A stretch of DNA of 26,463 nucleotides from Craspedostauros australis (lineage: Eukaryota), in contig JALAGF010004522.1 in assembly GCA_030167865.1 (NCBI GenBank), positions 62,001 to 88,463 on the forward strand, in the 5' to 3' direction. Positions 10,618-23,100 of the stretch are shown in pieces. The notes below the pieces were generated by a model that did no database searches, was not told the DNA's origin, and was given only the letters and a program-made list of their open reading frames with translations. A program made the translations under genes and the position numbers. Position 1 is the first letter of the stretch, and every line of letters starts with the position of its first letter.

Positions 10618-11043
10618 CTGCGCATTGGTCATGTGTGTGTGGATGCGGATATGGGTGTGGGATTGCATGCATTGCAGATGCGGATATGGGTGCATGTGGA
10701 CGCGACCACATCATTTGATTTCGAGGGCGTTCGCATGATGGGAGGAGACGCCGACAGAAAAAAGGATGTGAAGAAAAGCCGTGGCGACGGTGATGTGTGT
10801 CAGTAAATGGGATTTGCGGAAGGAATGGCCATGTGCTTGCGTTGCCTGAGATTGTGGTCCGAACAAGCACAAGTACGAAGACGAGTACGAAGACGAGTAC
10901 GAGAAAGGTGAAGATCTCGTTCTCAATCAGGTGTCACTTCTGCGGCAGAGCAGTTGGAGGGCGATGCCAACGCATTCGAAAGGGTCCATTCATGATGAGA
11001 AGCACTGACGACCACAGGCAGCAGCTACATCACGAAAACCTAC
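10618..11043 (-). other. Fd-GOGAT intron 1 (426 nt, phase 1)
   Basis: GTAGGT...GCGCAG. Joins NTHSG-D-EFGTHKVL in frame. Confidence 0.88.
10872..10902. repeat. Short tandem repeat (AGTACGAAGACG)x2.6 in GOGAT intron 1
   Basis: Read directly from the sequence. Confidence 0.85.
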
Positions 11044-11338
11044 CTCCGCTGTGGGTGTTGGTAATGAAACCGACACCGCATGCATCACGTTCCTTGACGA
11101 GCGCGGTTGGACCGTCGAACATGTTGGATGGCTTGGCTTCGCTGAAGGCCATGCTGAGCTGCGTGAGAGGCGAGGTTCTGCACACCTCAGTGGACCATGC
11201 GAGCGACGGCTGGTTGGTGTTGGCGTTGCTGTTGGTGTTGACAACAGGAGTTGCAGTCCTCAGGCTGTTTGGGACGAACGCAACGGTGGCGGCGGCAGAG
11301 GCCGCGACCAGGAAGATATTCAGCTTGGATCCCAACAT
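11044..11338 (-). CDS. glsF: Ferredoxin-dependent glutamate synthase (Fd-GOGAT), exon 1: bipartite plastid presequence and catalytic Cys
   Basis: MLGSKLNIFLVAASAAATVA|FVPNSLR is a signal peptide with an ASAFAP-type cleavage motif, followed by an S/T/N-rich transit peptide. ERDA|CGVGFI gives the Ntn-amidotransferase Cys (codon 11080-11078, residue 87). Phase-1 donor G|GTAGGT. Confidence 0.93.
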
Positions 11339-14300
11339 GGTGGTGGCGGTGGTGATATTGTTGCTGAAGCTGCGGTTGATGTAGTCTCAGTTCGCAGGTT
11401 GCTTCGCGCCGATCAGATACGATGCGATGCTTGGAGGTAATGTGATGTGATGCGATAGATACGGAGATGCTTGTCGTCACAGGCGTCGCCGTCTTATTTT
11501 AGCTTCGTGTGAGCTGTTGGTTGGCTGGTTGGTTGGATCGGGTTGCGATTGGACACAAGCAGTTCCGTAATTTATGGGAATCTCCTGTGCCAAATCGATC
11601 CAATGCCGTTGCGGTCTTCCAAAGGATCGGGTCCGCGGAATTGGTGTTTGCGTGTTTCTGACTTCTTTGGTGAGGTGAGGGATGTGGCGGATTGGATCTG
11701 CCGTCTTTTTTGGTTGCCCCAGAAAAGTCACGCCGAGTGTGCTTCGACGTTGTGTGGCTGCGCGATCCTTGACGGATGTGTCATCGCGCCATCAGCCAAG
11801 ATGTGTCGTTCTGGTTGGTTGGTGGTCGTTGGATGTTGCACTTTCGACCGATGTTCCCGAAGAAAGGGAGGATGGAAATTCTGCCTGGTCATCGTGTCTG
11901 CCTGGTAGTGACGTCACGATGTGCGGAAGAACACTGCGTACCGGGTGGTTGGCCAGACGGCACGAAAATGACGATGGAGGAATGAGAATTCTGGGAGTGT
12001 TCTGCCAACTGCTCAGATGTCACTCATCGGCGGTTGTTCCCTTCCATCGTTGTGCGCGTGCGTGTTTGTGCATGGTCGTCCCATCGTTGTTGGCATCATT
12101 TGTTCTGAGTTGATCATGTGGCACCACAGAGTCCTCCCAACAGGAAGAGAGCACCAAGATGGCCGCAGCAACATCATGGATGGTGACGCGAAGACCCATG
12201 ACAACCGTCATGGGAACAGCAAGGCAGTAGGGTGCGACGTCAGTTCATAGTCGTACGATTGCCATGAGACTACTATACGATTGCGTTCACCACATCCACC
12301 GCATGCTCACAGTCATAGAGGACTTCGTACCAAAGCAAGAAGGTGAGTGTTCGTGTTTGTGGGCTTCATCCCAAGGCGCGTTTGGCATTGAGCATAGAAT
12401 ACCTCGGGGTAGAGTAAATGTAGGCGTGCTCCGATGGTGACGCTCTTCATGAACAGGTGCGTGCCAGGAATGTCCCACTTGATCAAGAACATTGTCCGAT
12501 GCAATTGCGCCAAGGCAACAGAATTCTGCAATGAGCACAGTGTCAGAATTCTCCGATGGAAGGGGCGATGTTTGGTGCAATTGCAATTTCGAATTGTTCG
12601 CTTTCGTGTCGTGCGCTCACATTTCGGTACGTCGCGTGCGCATGCTCGTCTGCATGTTCGCCATCTTTTCGCTATGTGCGTGCAGTGCAATTGCTCTCGG
12701 CGTCACTCATCTCGTGCTCTTCGCCACGCGACGCAAACATGAATGAATGCGAAACACTCCCTTGTCGCTCCAGAGAAAGGGGGAGGCAGCATCAGAATTC
12801 AGGGCGAGAATGGAAATGCACTGGTCTCCGACCGGAGACGTTTCGTTCTTTCGATGCCACCATGAATTCTTACTCTCTTTTGTTGCACCTGCTTGTCGAT
12901 GTCATTCTTGCGCGAAGAACCCTTGGGTTTTGATGTGGTATGACGGCCTCAGACATGAAAGTGCATCATATCTCCATGGAATTGTCGTGTTTGGCTCTCT
13001 GCATCGTCTCCCCATTGCCACACGTTTGGACAGAGCATTGCAGATACCAGTATACCTGCGAATGATGGAATCGGCCATTGGACATTGTTCTGTGACGTTG
13101 CCTCTCTCTCTTTGCAGACACGTGCACCCTCTCCAGCGACTTATTACGTGTCTGGAATTCGCCATGAACGCGGAGATGGTTGGTTGGGGCGTGCTCCACT
13201 CTCTTTCTTGTGTATTGTATCTCTCTGCAGCCTCTGCCCTTCTGCTCGTTTCGTCAAGATCTTGGAATCCTTTTGCTCTTGAGAGTTGACCGACTTCAGT
13301 CCTCACATGCACAGCAGAGTACTCTAGTTCGTTGTGTGGCGAGAACAACTGCTGGAGATGAGCACTCCAATTCACTTTCATAGCACGACAACTGAACTTC
13401 CTGGAGTACAATTGCGTTCAAGTACAACGGTGTGGTGCGGAACGGAGCAGCATAGCCAATTGACCATTCCCAACAGTCTCTTGGTAGTCGTCTAGCCTGC
13501 GGATACTATTCGACTCGTGTACAACAGTTTATTCTTGTTTTTCTCTCTGTTCTCTTGCTGTGCTGGCAGCTCTTCTGCTGGTTCGTCATCGAGGTCCGGT
13601 CTGTGCGTGATGATGTGTTGGTGGGAGCGAAGATTCCTCGTTTTGGCGCCACAATAACGTCTCCTTGTCATTGAACCCGATAGTTAACGTCCGTAACGTT
13701 AGGATCATTAAATAGGATACTCACTTCATTTTTGACTGCGCAACCTGTCGAAGACGATGCCATACAACGTGACAAGATGGGCGCGCACATGTGTCACACA
13801 ACCATGCACATTGTCCAGCTGCAAGGTTCCGCGATTGAGCGGGAAGGTTCGTCGTTGACAACAACCGACCCGCCAAACAACAGGCAGGGGAGAGTGGTGA
13901 TACGAGCAATGGTGGCGGATGGGAACAGCAACAGCAACATCAACACATCAAGACCAAGGATGATGGTAGTGGCGCGCACATGACTTCGGAGAAGGTGACA
14001 CGTGTGTACTGTATTCTTTGAAGACAACACCCATGAACAGCAACATTGTGCTGGCCCTCCTCTCTCTTGGTTCATCGACTCATCCAAACATCTTTTTGTG
14101 CGCGCCACACTGCGTCACATCGCGCTGCGCAAGGCACAAAGACGAGAACTCCCGTTCGCAAACTGCCACGTTGTCCTAAAAGTGGACTGAAGCCGCGCAA
14201 ATCTGTTTCCACAATTTGAAAATCAGAAGCCGACAAGGGAGATCAACAAGGAGATCATCAAGCCAAACATAGCAGAACCAAACACGTTGCAGAGCATTGC

Positions 14301-14600
14301 AGCAAAGTGAGAGGAGTCACGCCTCTCTCTGTGATTTGGTGGATAGATAGAGAGGGCGGGGTATCTTGAGGTCAAGGACCATAACAACAGAACGACAACT
14401 TCATCCAGGCCATCACTCCAATCCCGATTTGCCGCTGCTCTTTGGGGTTGGTGGCAGGAATTTCATCGGCACGGACGGCATCACAATCACAAATCGTCGA
14501 CACTTGGAGAGCGCTGCGATATCCCTCTAATACAATACTCCACCATTCTGGAGTGATCTGAACTCTGCTTCGACGCGCTGGGGCTGTCTGCATTGTGGAC

Positions 14601-16385
14601 ATGTCCGCCTCAGTTGGGGCAGACAGGGACATGGCAACCTGCGCAATGGCATCATCTACGAGTATGACAGTCACGACTGCAACTGCAACTACGACTGCAA
14701 CTACGACCATCACCCCAGATGTGACCGCTTCAGGCACAGACATCAACACATGCACAAATACTGACATCCACGCTGGTGCTCACACCGATACCATGGTGCC
14801 AAACCACTCTACCAACGCAAGCACCAGCAGCAACGGCACCAACGGGGTCAATCGTTCTGCGGCAGCTCGGCTGGGCACGGTCCCTCTGACGCAGTCATCG
14901 AGAGACCGCAGTTCGAGCAGCCTTTGGGGCAAGCAAACCGAAGCACAGCGCATCTGGAAGCAGTTCTCCGTTGCGTTGGCTCATCCGCCACCTCGCCATT
15001 CACACCCGGGGCATGCCTACACAACCAGGAGCATCCACGATGAGAGCGACGGGGAAAGTTATACCAGAAGCCGCAACGGCAATGGCGATAGCGACTGGAA
15101 CAACGCTGGGAACGAGAACACTGATGATGACGCAGCGAACGTCAGCAGCGGCAGCGGTCGGTTCCTGCATGGCCTTCAGCAGCTCTCGGAGTCCATCGAT
15201 CGGATCTTCTTCCACGACAGACGAAGGGACGAAGAGGCCGAGTGCGGGGACTCTACCGCAACCACGGTGACGGGAGGGGATAACGATGACGATGGCGACG
15301 TTGACGACAACCTGCTCAGAATCAAGGGCACGTTTGGATGCGAAAGATTGGAGGTGGAGTCAAGCAACGACGTCACAGCTACATCAGCGCAGAGCGGCAG
15401 CACCTTCACGATGGACGGCAGCGACATACTACTGCCCTCCGATGATGGCCCTGGCCAAGCACCGAGGAGGATGCTCAGCCCTTGCTCGTTGGATTCTGAT
15501 CCCGAGGACGATAATCATGCGGAGGACATCGTGGCATTCCCCGTTGGAGGCACGGTAGTCGCTCGCGATGCCGATTCTATCATGGATCAGATCACCGTGG
15601 ATTCGCAGTCGCATTGCCTGCGCGCGGACCGCAGCCTCAACCTCAGCAACGTCTATCGCGCCGCCTTCGACCGCGTTGGTGCCGACACCAGCATGCAGCA
15701 CACGCCGGATGTGACGAATCGATCCACCCAATCGGGCAGCGTCCTCAATGGACGGTCGCGGCAGTCCACCTTTGCCTCGTTTCGGGAGATCAGCGAGATA
15801 TGCTCAACAGCATCGATGGCTTCGCGCAATCCCCCGATCCCGTCACCCCAATCACTGCTGTCAAATCCCGCAGCAACGGTGCCGGTCTCTCCGCTGCTCA
15901 GCGATCCAAGACATCTCGGCATATCGATGGACCAAAAGAGCTACGACACGTCCCTGCTGTGCACGATCGAAGATGCCCACGACGATCACGACGACAACCT
16001 CTTGCCCTTCCTCCCCGACGACGATATCAGCTCCATCCACTCGTCGCACACCAGCGTGGACAGCGTCGTCTCCGTCCATCTCCTAGTGGAATGGACGCAG
16101 CAGCTCACAACACTCCTGTACGGAGAACGCGTCTACCACGTCTGCGTCCTCGGCAAGACGGACCAGCAGCTACGACGCACGCATCAAGGCACGACGGCCA
16201 TATTCCTGGCGCTGATACTCTTCTTTGCAAAGGCTTCGGCGCGCACAGCAGGAACCGCCTTGCTGTACTCCTCTGTCTGCACATGGATGGCCGTCCATGT
16301 ACCGCACTCATGCTTGGAGGAGAATATCGCCGTTGCGATTCTGGGGGCAACGGCCGGGATTGTGCAATTGGGTTTCACGGTGTGA
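14601..16385 (+). CDS. Hypothetical protein (~594 aa): S/T/D-rich disordered region with 2-3 C-terminal hydrophobic segments
   Basis: Long single ORF. The first ATG is 14601 (the track start 14595 is GTG) with an in-frame TGA at 14559. C-terminus TTAIFLALILFFAK / GTALLYSSVCTWMAV / IAVAILGATAGIVQLGFTV. No family motif recognised. Confidence 0.7.
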   Translation: MSASVGADRDMATCAMASSTSMTVTTATATTTATTTITPDVTASGTDINTCTNTDIHAGAHTDTMVPNHSTNASTSSNGTNGVNRSAAARLGTVPLTQSSRDRSSSSLWGKQTEAQRIWKQFSVALAHPPPRHSHPGHAYTTRSIHDESDGESYTRSRNGNGDSDWNNAGNENTDDDAANVSSGSGRFLHGLQQLSESIDRIFFHDRRRDEEAECGDSTATTVTGGDNDDDGDVDDNLLRIKGTFGCERLEVESSNDVTATSAQSGSTFTMDGSDILLPSDDGPGQAPRRMLSPCSLDSDPEDDNHAEDIVAFPVGGTVVARDADSIMDQITVDSQSHCLRADRSLNLSNVYRAAFDRVGADTSMQHTPDVTNRSTQSGSVLNGRSRQSTFASFREISEICSTASMASRNPPIPSPQSLLSNPAATVPVSPLLSDPRHLGISMDQKSYDTSLLCTIEDAHDDHDDNLLPFLPDDDISSIHSSHTSVDSVVSVHLLVEWTQQLTTLLYGERVYHVCVLGKTDQQLRRTHQGTTAIFLALILFFAKASARTAGTALLYSSVCTWMAVHVPHSCLEENIAVAILGATAGIVQLGFTV

Positions 16386-17107
16386 AAAGGAATGGGAATG
16401 TTTTGTGTATGGGTGGGTAGTTTGTGTACATGTTGGGGAAGCGGGTATGATAAGTAGGCAAGCATAATGAGTAGTACGTACGTACGCGTACGCGTGTACA
16501 GTCTGTGGAGGGCTGAAGCGTAGAAATGAAAGAGGCAGGCGGAGTGGAATGCACCGATCCACTTGCTGTATCCACGCTCGTTCGCAGAATAAGAAGAGTT
16601 AAGACAGTCGTTATCGTTGATTCCGCATCTTCGCGTCCGTGTATCAAGCCCCACAGCGAGCCTGAGGACAACGAATAGACTTTGATGTCCGTTCAAGCAG
16701 ATACGAGCTACGCTTTGCGTGGACTTTCATGGGCATTTGCGGAGGCCATGTGGACACCATGCGGACGCCAAACTGCCTTGCACACACGAGAACACCTATC
16801 CATCCATGGAATGAACCACTTTATGAAATAAGTACATAGTTACTTTCGTGTTGTCGTTGTGGAATACCGTGCTCGTATGTAGCAGTGCCATGCGTTCGCG
16901 CGTGCGTGCATGCGTATGTACATGCGTCCATACAAGCAGTCGCATGGGAGGTATACCATCCGCAACCTGTTGAAATATACAGTGACCATGATGTTGCCTT
17001 GTCCCTCCATCTTTGTCGACACAAAGATAGACTTTCGGTTCCGTGCACGCCGAGCAGCAGCAGCAGCAGTGGCATCACCAAGTCTATTCGTTGGCAGTGC
17101 CAGCCTC

Positions 17108-20100
17108 CTAAATAACGAGGCAGGCAAACACCAGTCCACCGATAGCGGAAAGAACCGCGGAGGTTCCCATCCACGTCTGCTGAGTTGCACCCGATTTGTC
17201 GTCGCAGGATGTCGATCCAAAGTGCTGGACCTTTGGACATGGTTCGCACGTTGCGCCTGCCCGCGAGGTTCGCCCAGACGGCGAGAAGCTACCGCTGGGG
17301 CAGAGCAGCCCGTCGCACTTGAAGCTTCCCACATCCCCGCCGTTCCAGCGCGATTTTTCGCACAGCTCTGGGTCGATGCCCTCTATCCTGTTGTCTCGCA
17401 GGTAGATGATCATGTCATCGAATCTGGACAGTTCCTTCGGCACCTGCCCCGTGAGATCGTTGCCTGACAGATCAAGGAAGACCGTTGCGGAGACGTCAAT
17501 CTTCTTCAGAAAGTCTCTCGGGATAGTGCCGAACAGGTCGTTGTCGGACAAATCCACAGTCGTCAGCAGCTGCGATGTTGCGAACGATGGGATGGTGTCC
17601 TTGAGCTTGTTGCCGCCCATACGCAGCGTCTTGAGCTTCGTGGCCTGTGCGAAGGAGGGCACCGTGCCTGTGAAACCATTGTCCGCGAATGACAACGTCT
17701 CCACGTGCTTCAGTCCAAGAATCTCGTCTGGGATCTTGCCAGCCAGATTGTTGAATCGCACATCCAGGTCGACGAGGTTGGCTGCGCCTCCGATACCCTC
17801 GAGACTGTCCAGTCTTGTCGAGTCCAGGAGGAGGCTCTTGAGACTGGTCGCCTCTGCGATGCCGTCGAAGCTGAAGTTCATTGGGTTGGAGTACAACCAC
17901 AGGTTCTGCAGGTTCTTCAAGCCGAACAGTTGCCTCGGCGGCTTTCCGGTGAGACTGTTGCTCCCGAGGATGATGGACTCGACGGTCTGGCCATCGCGGC
18001 ATGAAATGCCGTACCACGAACAGATGTCGATGGCATCGTCAAGCCAGCCATCGTTGTTTTTCCAACCATCTCCCCCGGTCGCAGAGTAGAACAGCTGCAG
18101 GATGTCTCGTTCTCTCTTCTTTTCAAGGGACGCGCATTCCGACATCCCATAGTACGGCGAATTCTCGGCGCCAGGGCATGCCTTGCACGGATCGTTTGCG
18201 CTCGTTTGGCGGCCCACGTTGTTGAATTCTCCCGGCGGACACATCAATCCATCGCAACCGAAGGAGCCAACGTCGCCACCAAGCCAATCTGGCTGATCGC
18301 AAACATTGTCACCCAACGCCGTGAAGAGGTTGTTGGAAAGTTCGATCGACAGCTTCTTGAAGCCGACGAGGGTGGAAGGCACAGTGCCGATCAAATGATT
18401 GCCTTGAAGGTGGACTGTCAGGTCGGCGGTGTCTGGATTGTCCACGCCGGACAAAAAGTCAGAAGGGATCTCTCCCGTCAGCTGATTCTCAGCGAGATTG
18501 AGTTCCTGGAGGGAGCCCATCGTGTTGAATGATCGCAATGGACCCGTGATGCCCGCTCTTCCTTGGCTTGTATTTTCAATGTTGAAGCGCTCCAACGCAG
18601 CCAACTTCGCGATGGTCGTTGGGAGCGTGCCGTAGAAATTGTTCCTCGACAGGTCAAGGACGCGCAACTTGACGGCATTGCCGATCTCCGATGGGATGCT
18701 GCCTTGGATGGCATTGCCGGCCAGCACCAGCGACTCCAGGTTAACGAGATCGCCAATCTTGGTCGACAGCGATCCGATGAAGTATGAATCTGTCAGGTCG
18801 ATTTCAGTGAGCGATGAAATGCTGAATAGAGCATCTGGGATGGTCGATCCGAGGAACTTGTTGCGTTGCAGGCTCAACTTCTTCAGGTCTGGGGCATTTC
18901 CAATCCCATCAAGATCATCGACGTTGGTGTCATCCAGGTACATCTCCTCGAGCTTCGGTGCCTGGTCGATCGCTCTGAAGCCAATCTCGACGGGGTTCTT
19001 TCGCACGCTCAGCATTCGGAGTTCGGGGAGGTGGAATAGGAGCGATGGGATGATCCCGTTGAGGTTGTTATCATCCAGTTCGATGGCGGTGACAGTCGGC
19101 GCGCCGTTTTGACCCTTCGCTTCACATGTAATCCCGTGCCAATCGCAGAAGCTCTTGTTGTCGTCGCGCCAATGTTCGTTGTTCTTCCAGTTATCACCGT
19201 CCGTGGCGTCGTACAGCTCGAAGAGCATCCCCGCGTCGTCGAATCCGTCGATCATGACAGGGCCGCATTCTGTGCTGCCCAGCGAAACCGCCGAATCCGG
19301 ATAGGTGCATTCCACGCACTCAGTCTCGGCGTCGATCCGCCTTCCGAACTGATTGAAGGTGCCCGACGGACACAGAATGGCCTCGCACCCGAACTGCTCC
19401 ACCTGCCCATCCATCCATGTGCCCTTTTGGCACAAGACATCTGGAATTTTGGTGATGCTGTTACCGGACACGAAAAGTCGCAGGTTGGCAAAATCGGCGA
19501 GATCCTCTGGAATCTCCCCTCTGAGCAGGTTGTGGCTGATATCGGCGGTGATTGGGTCGGCCTTGTTCTGAATGCCTTGGAGGAAAGTCTTGGGAATTGG
19601 TCCGGTGAGACGGTTGTACCCTAAGAATAGCTGCTTCAGCTTCGGCAGTGCATCGAAGGCGGGAATCGAGCCCTCTAAACCTGGTTGGAGGCTGCAGAAA
19701 TCGCTGTCGCATGGCTTCGTCTTCTCCTTCTGCAGGGAGAGCACTTCGAGATTCGGAAGCAGAGCGAGCTGGAATGGGATCTCGCCCGTCAGATCATTCT
19801 CTCCCAGCGACAGATGCTCCAGGAAGATCAGATGCCCGAACTCTGTTGGGATGGGGCCGCTGATTTCATTGGAGAACAGGTAGAGATCCTTGAGAGCCCG
19901 CAGTCTGCCAATTTCTGTCGACAGTTTGCCTTCGAGCTGGTTGTAGCTCAAGTAGAGCTGCTCCAAATTCGTCATGTCATAAATATCATCAGGAATGGGC
20001 CCCCCAAGGTCGGCACTCGTGAGGTGCAGCGCCGTGAGGCTCTTCGAACCCGAAAGACCGGCCAGAGAATCGATGCTCGTTTCGGTGAGTATCAGCGTGT

Positions 20101-23100
20101 CCAAATTGATGGCATTGCCGATGCCGTAGAAGTTCAGCTTGATGTCATTGCGTTTCATATCGACGTGAGTGAGCCCCTTGAACTGGTTGAGGGCAGGGAA
20201 GGAGCCTTGGAGGTTGTTGTTGGGAAGGTTGAACTCTTTGACGAGCCCTGCAAACTCCCCATCCTCGTAGCAAGTGATGCCAAACCAGTCACAATGGTTC
20301 TCGCCACGCAACCAGTTGGTATCATCCCTCCAGTTTGGTCCATTCAGGGAACGGTAGAAGAAGAGGAGCAAGGAATGCTCCAAGTTCGCTCCGCACGACA
20401 CAGCACCCAGGAAGTCGCTCGGGTTCTCAACGCATGGGAGACACTCGACATCACCCACAGCACGACCGTAGGCATTCCATTTCCCCTTCTCACACAGAAT
20501 GCCATTGCAATCGTGAACCTGCGTATTGCCATCATTCCAATTCGTATTGCAGATTTCGGTTGGAATTTCCGAGATCGAATTGTCGGCAAGCAGGAAATCG
20601 ACGTCTGTCAAGAAATCGAGCTCGGTTGGGATACCGCCGGTGAGGTCGTTGGATCGAAGGTCGACGGTGATGCGTTCGTTGTTATCAGAGCTCTCAAGAA
20701 AGTTGGTGGGGATAGGGCCTTCCAGGCTGTTGTGTTGGAGGTAAATCTCCACGAGCGATTTCTGGGTCGCGAATGAGGGGAGGTTTCCGCTGAGACCATT
20801 GAAACCATCCCCACCTGTGAGCTGATCAGACAAATCCAGGTGCTTCAGATTCGCGACGCTTTCAAACTGCGACGGGATGGGTCCTGTGAAACCGTTCTGA
20901 TCCAACCGGATGTACTCCAGTTGTTGGAAGGAGTCGAACCAGGTGGGCAGGTTGCCCACGAAGCCGCAGTTCGAGCACGCAAAGAAGACGAGCTTATCGA
21001 AGTTCTGGACTTGGGATGGGATGGATTGAGTCGACTCGAAGTCGTTATCGTTGAGGGATAGAATCTCCATCGCTGACAACGAAAATATGCTGGCGGGGAA
21101 CGCGCTGAGCTTGATGTCGTCGGCGCGGAGGACTTTCAGATTGGTCGCCACCTCGATTCCAGAAAGATCTTCCGTCGATGTACCCCCGATGTCCAGATAC
21201 TCCAGCTTGTCGGCGGTGGTGACACCCTGGAAGGAAATTGTGATATCGTTCTCCTTGAGGTTGATTTGTTTCAGGTTGGGGAGAGAAAAGATTTCATTGG
21301 GCAAGGTGCCTTTCAATCCATTGCGTGGTAGCTGGATGGACGTGATGGTATCGTGCTGAGTGCTGTCACAGCCGATGCCGGCCCACTGACAGACGGTCAC
21401 ATCAGGATCCATCCAGTTGATTCGGACATTCCACATGTCTCCGTCCATGCGATTGTACAGCATCTCCAGGATTGCACGTTCGGAGTTGGCTTGGTGCTCA
21501 CCGGCCGTCAAGCATTCGAAGCTTCCCATGTGCCCTGTTGTTCCCGTCGCGCACGATTGGCAGCTATCTGTATCGCTGACGGTTCGACCCTTGTCATTGA
21601 ACTTGCCGACAGGACACAGGATGGCGTCACAGCTGTACGTCCCCACCAGGCCGTCCATCCATTGGCTCTTCAGGCACAGGCCGTCTGCGATGTCATCGAT
21701 GTGATTGCTCGCAAGGTAGATCGCAACCTGATCGAGCTGCGTGAGGGATGCTGGGACAGTACCGGTCAATCGGTTCGCGGTCAAATCGATTTTGATTGGT
21801 GCCGACTTGTCGTCGATGCCATCGAGGAAGCGGAACGGGATGCTACCCGACAAGCTGTTGTACCCCAGGTAGAGCTCTTGCAGGTTGGCCAGACTGGAAA
21901 ATTCCGGCAGCGAGCCGGTCAAACCGCCACCATCCACCGATACCGTTTCATGGAAGACGCCGATGTCGTTGCTGCCGTAGATGCCACCCTCTCTCTGGAC
22001 GGACAAGAACTTCAAGTTGGACAGACGATCGAGCTGGGTTGGGAGGGTGCCATCGAAGTTGTTCTCGGCCAAATGCAACTTCTCCAGCATTGACATTTCG
22101 CCCAGGCTTGCAGGAATCTGCCCGGTGAAGTGATTCTTGTACAGCACCAGCTTCACCAGGTTGGAAAGCTTGGAGAGGTCACCTGTCAGCTCTCCGTTGA
22201 TGAGGTTGTTGTTCAGGTAGAGCTCCTGGAGACCGGAGAGCGCGAATATTTGGGTCGGAATAGAGCTTCCTTGCATCTGATTATCGGCCAGGTTGAGGTT
22301 GATCAACGCAGGTGCTTGCTCGATGCCGGTCAAGGAGCGGGTCTGCGTGTTGGAAAGGTGCAGCACCTTGAGCTGGCTCGCGTTCTCGATGCCATCGAAG
22401 GAGATCTTGACTGTGTTTCCGGATAGGTAGAGTTCGCGAAGCCGTGGGAGCGAGTAGATGGAGGTTGGGATGATGCCGGCCAGCTCATTGCCGACGAGGT
22501 CGATTTTGCTGACGCTGCCTCCGATATCGCACGTGATGCCGTAGTAGTTCTCGTTGCAGTAATCACGGGACCCTGTGGACCAACCCTTCGTCTGCACCCA
22601 GCTGGTGCTGCCCTGTGTCGCGGCGTAAAGGTCAAGGAGAATGTCCAGCTCCGTGTCAGCCACGCCGTCTCCGGTGGAGAGGCATTGGGTGCTGCCCATG
22701 TAGGACGTGCCGCCCTCGCAATCGAGACACGGATGAGCGGAGCCAGACTGTCTTCCGATGTCGCTGTACGTGTCCTTGGGGCACAGGATCGCGTCGCATT
22801 CAAAGTCCCTCGTGGTGTCATCCATCCATCGCAAAGGATCCCCGCAGAGCTGTCTTGGGATTTCTGTGATCTTGTTGTCGGCGGCGTTCAAGAACAGACG
22901 CTCAAATCTGGACCACGCTGCCGGAATTTCACCTTCGAATGCATTCTCCTGCAACGACATGTCGATACGATCCGAGAGCTTTTGGGAGTTTTGGAGCAAG
23001 GCTGCTGGCAAATTTCCGTTGAGACGGTTGGAATTCAGCTGCAGCGAGATGAGGTTGCTGAGATTGGGGTATGGTGGCAACGGTCCGCCGATGCCACCGT

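Noticed and set aside
5248-11338. GOGAT apparently split into four ORFs or subunits
   Set aside because: Three phase-compatible GT-AG introns give one 1704-aa protein. The N-termini of the three downstream track ORFs are wrong: two begin inside introns and one at a TTG within exon 4.
11477-14590. Many short ORFs (60-180 aa) in the divergent intergenic region
   Set aside because: Many begin at non-ATG codons, none has a recognisable motif, and they overlap on both strands. No transposase or RT signature.
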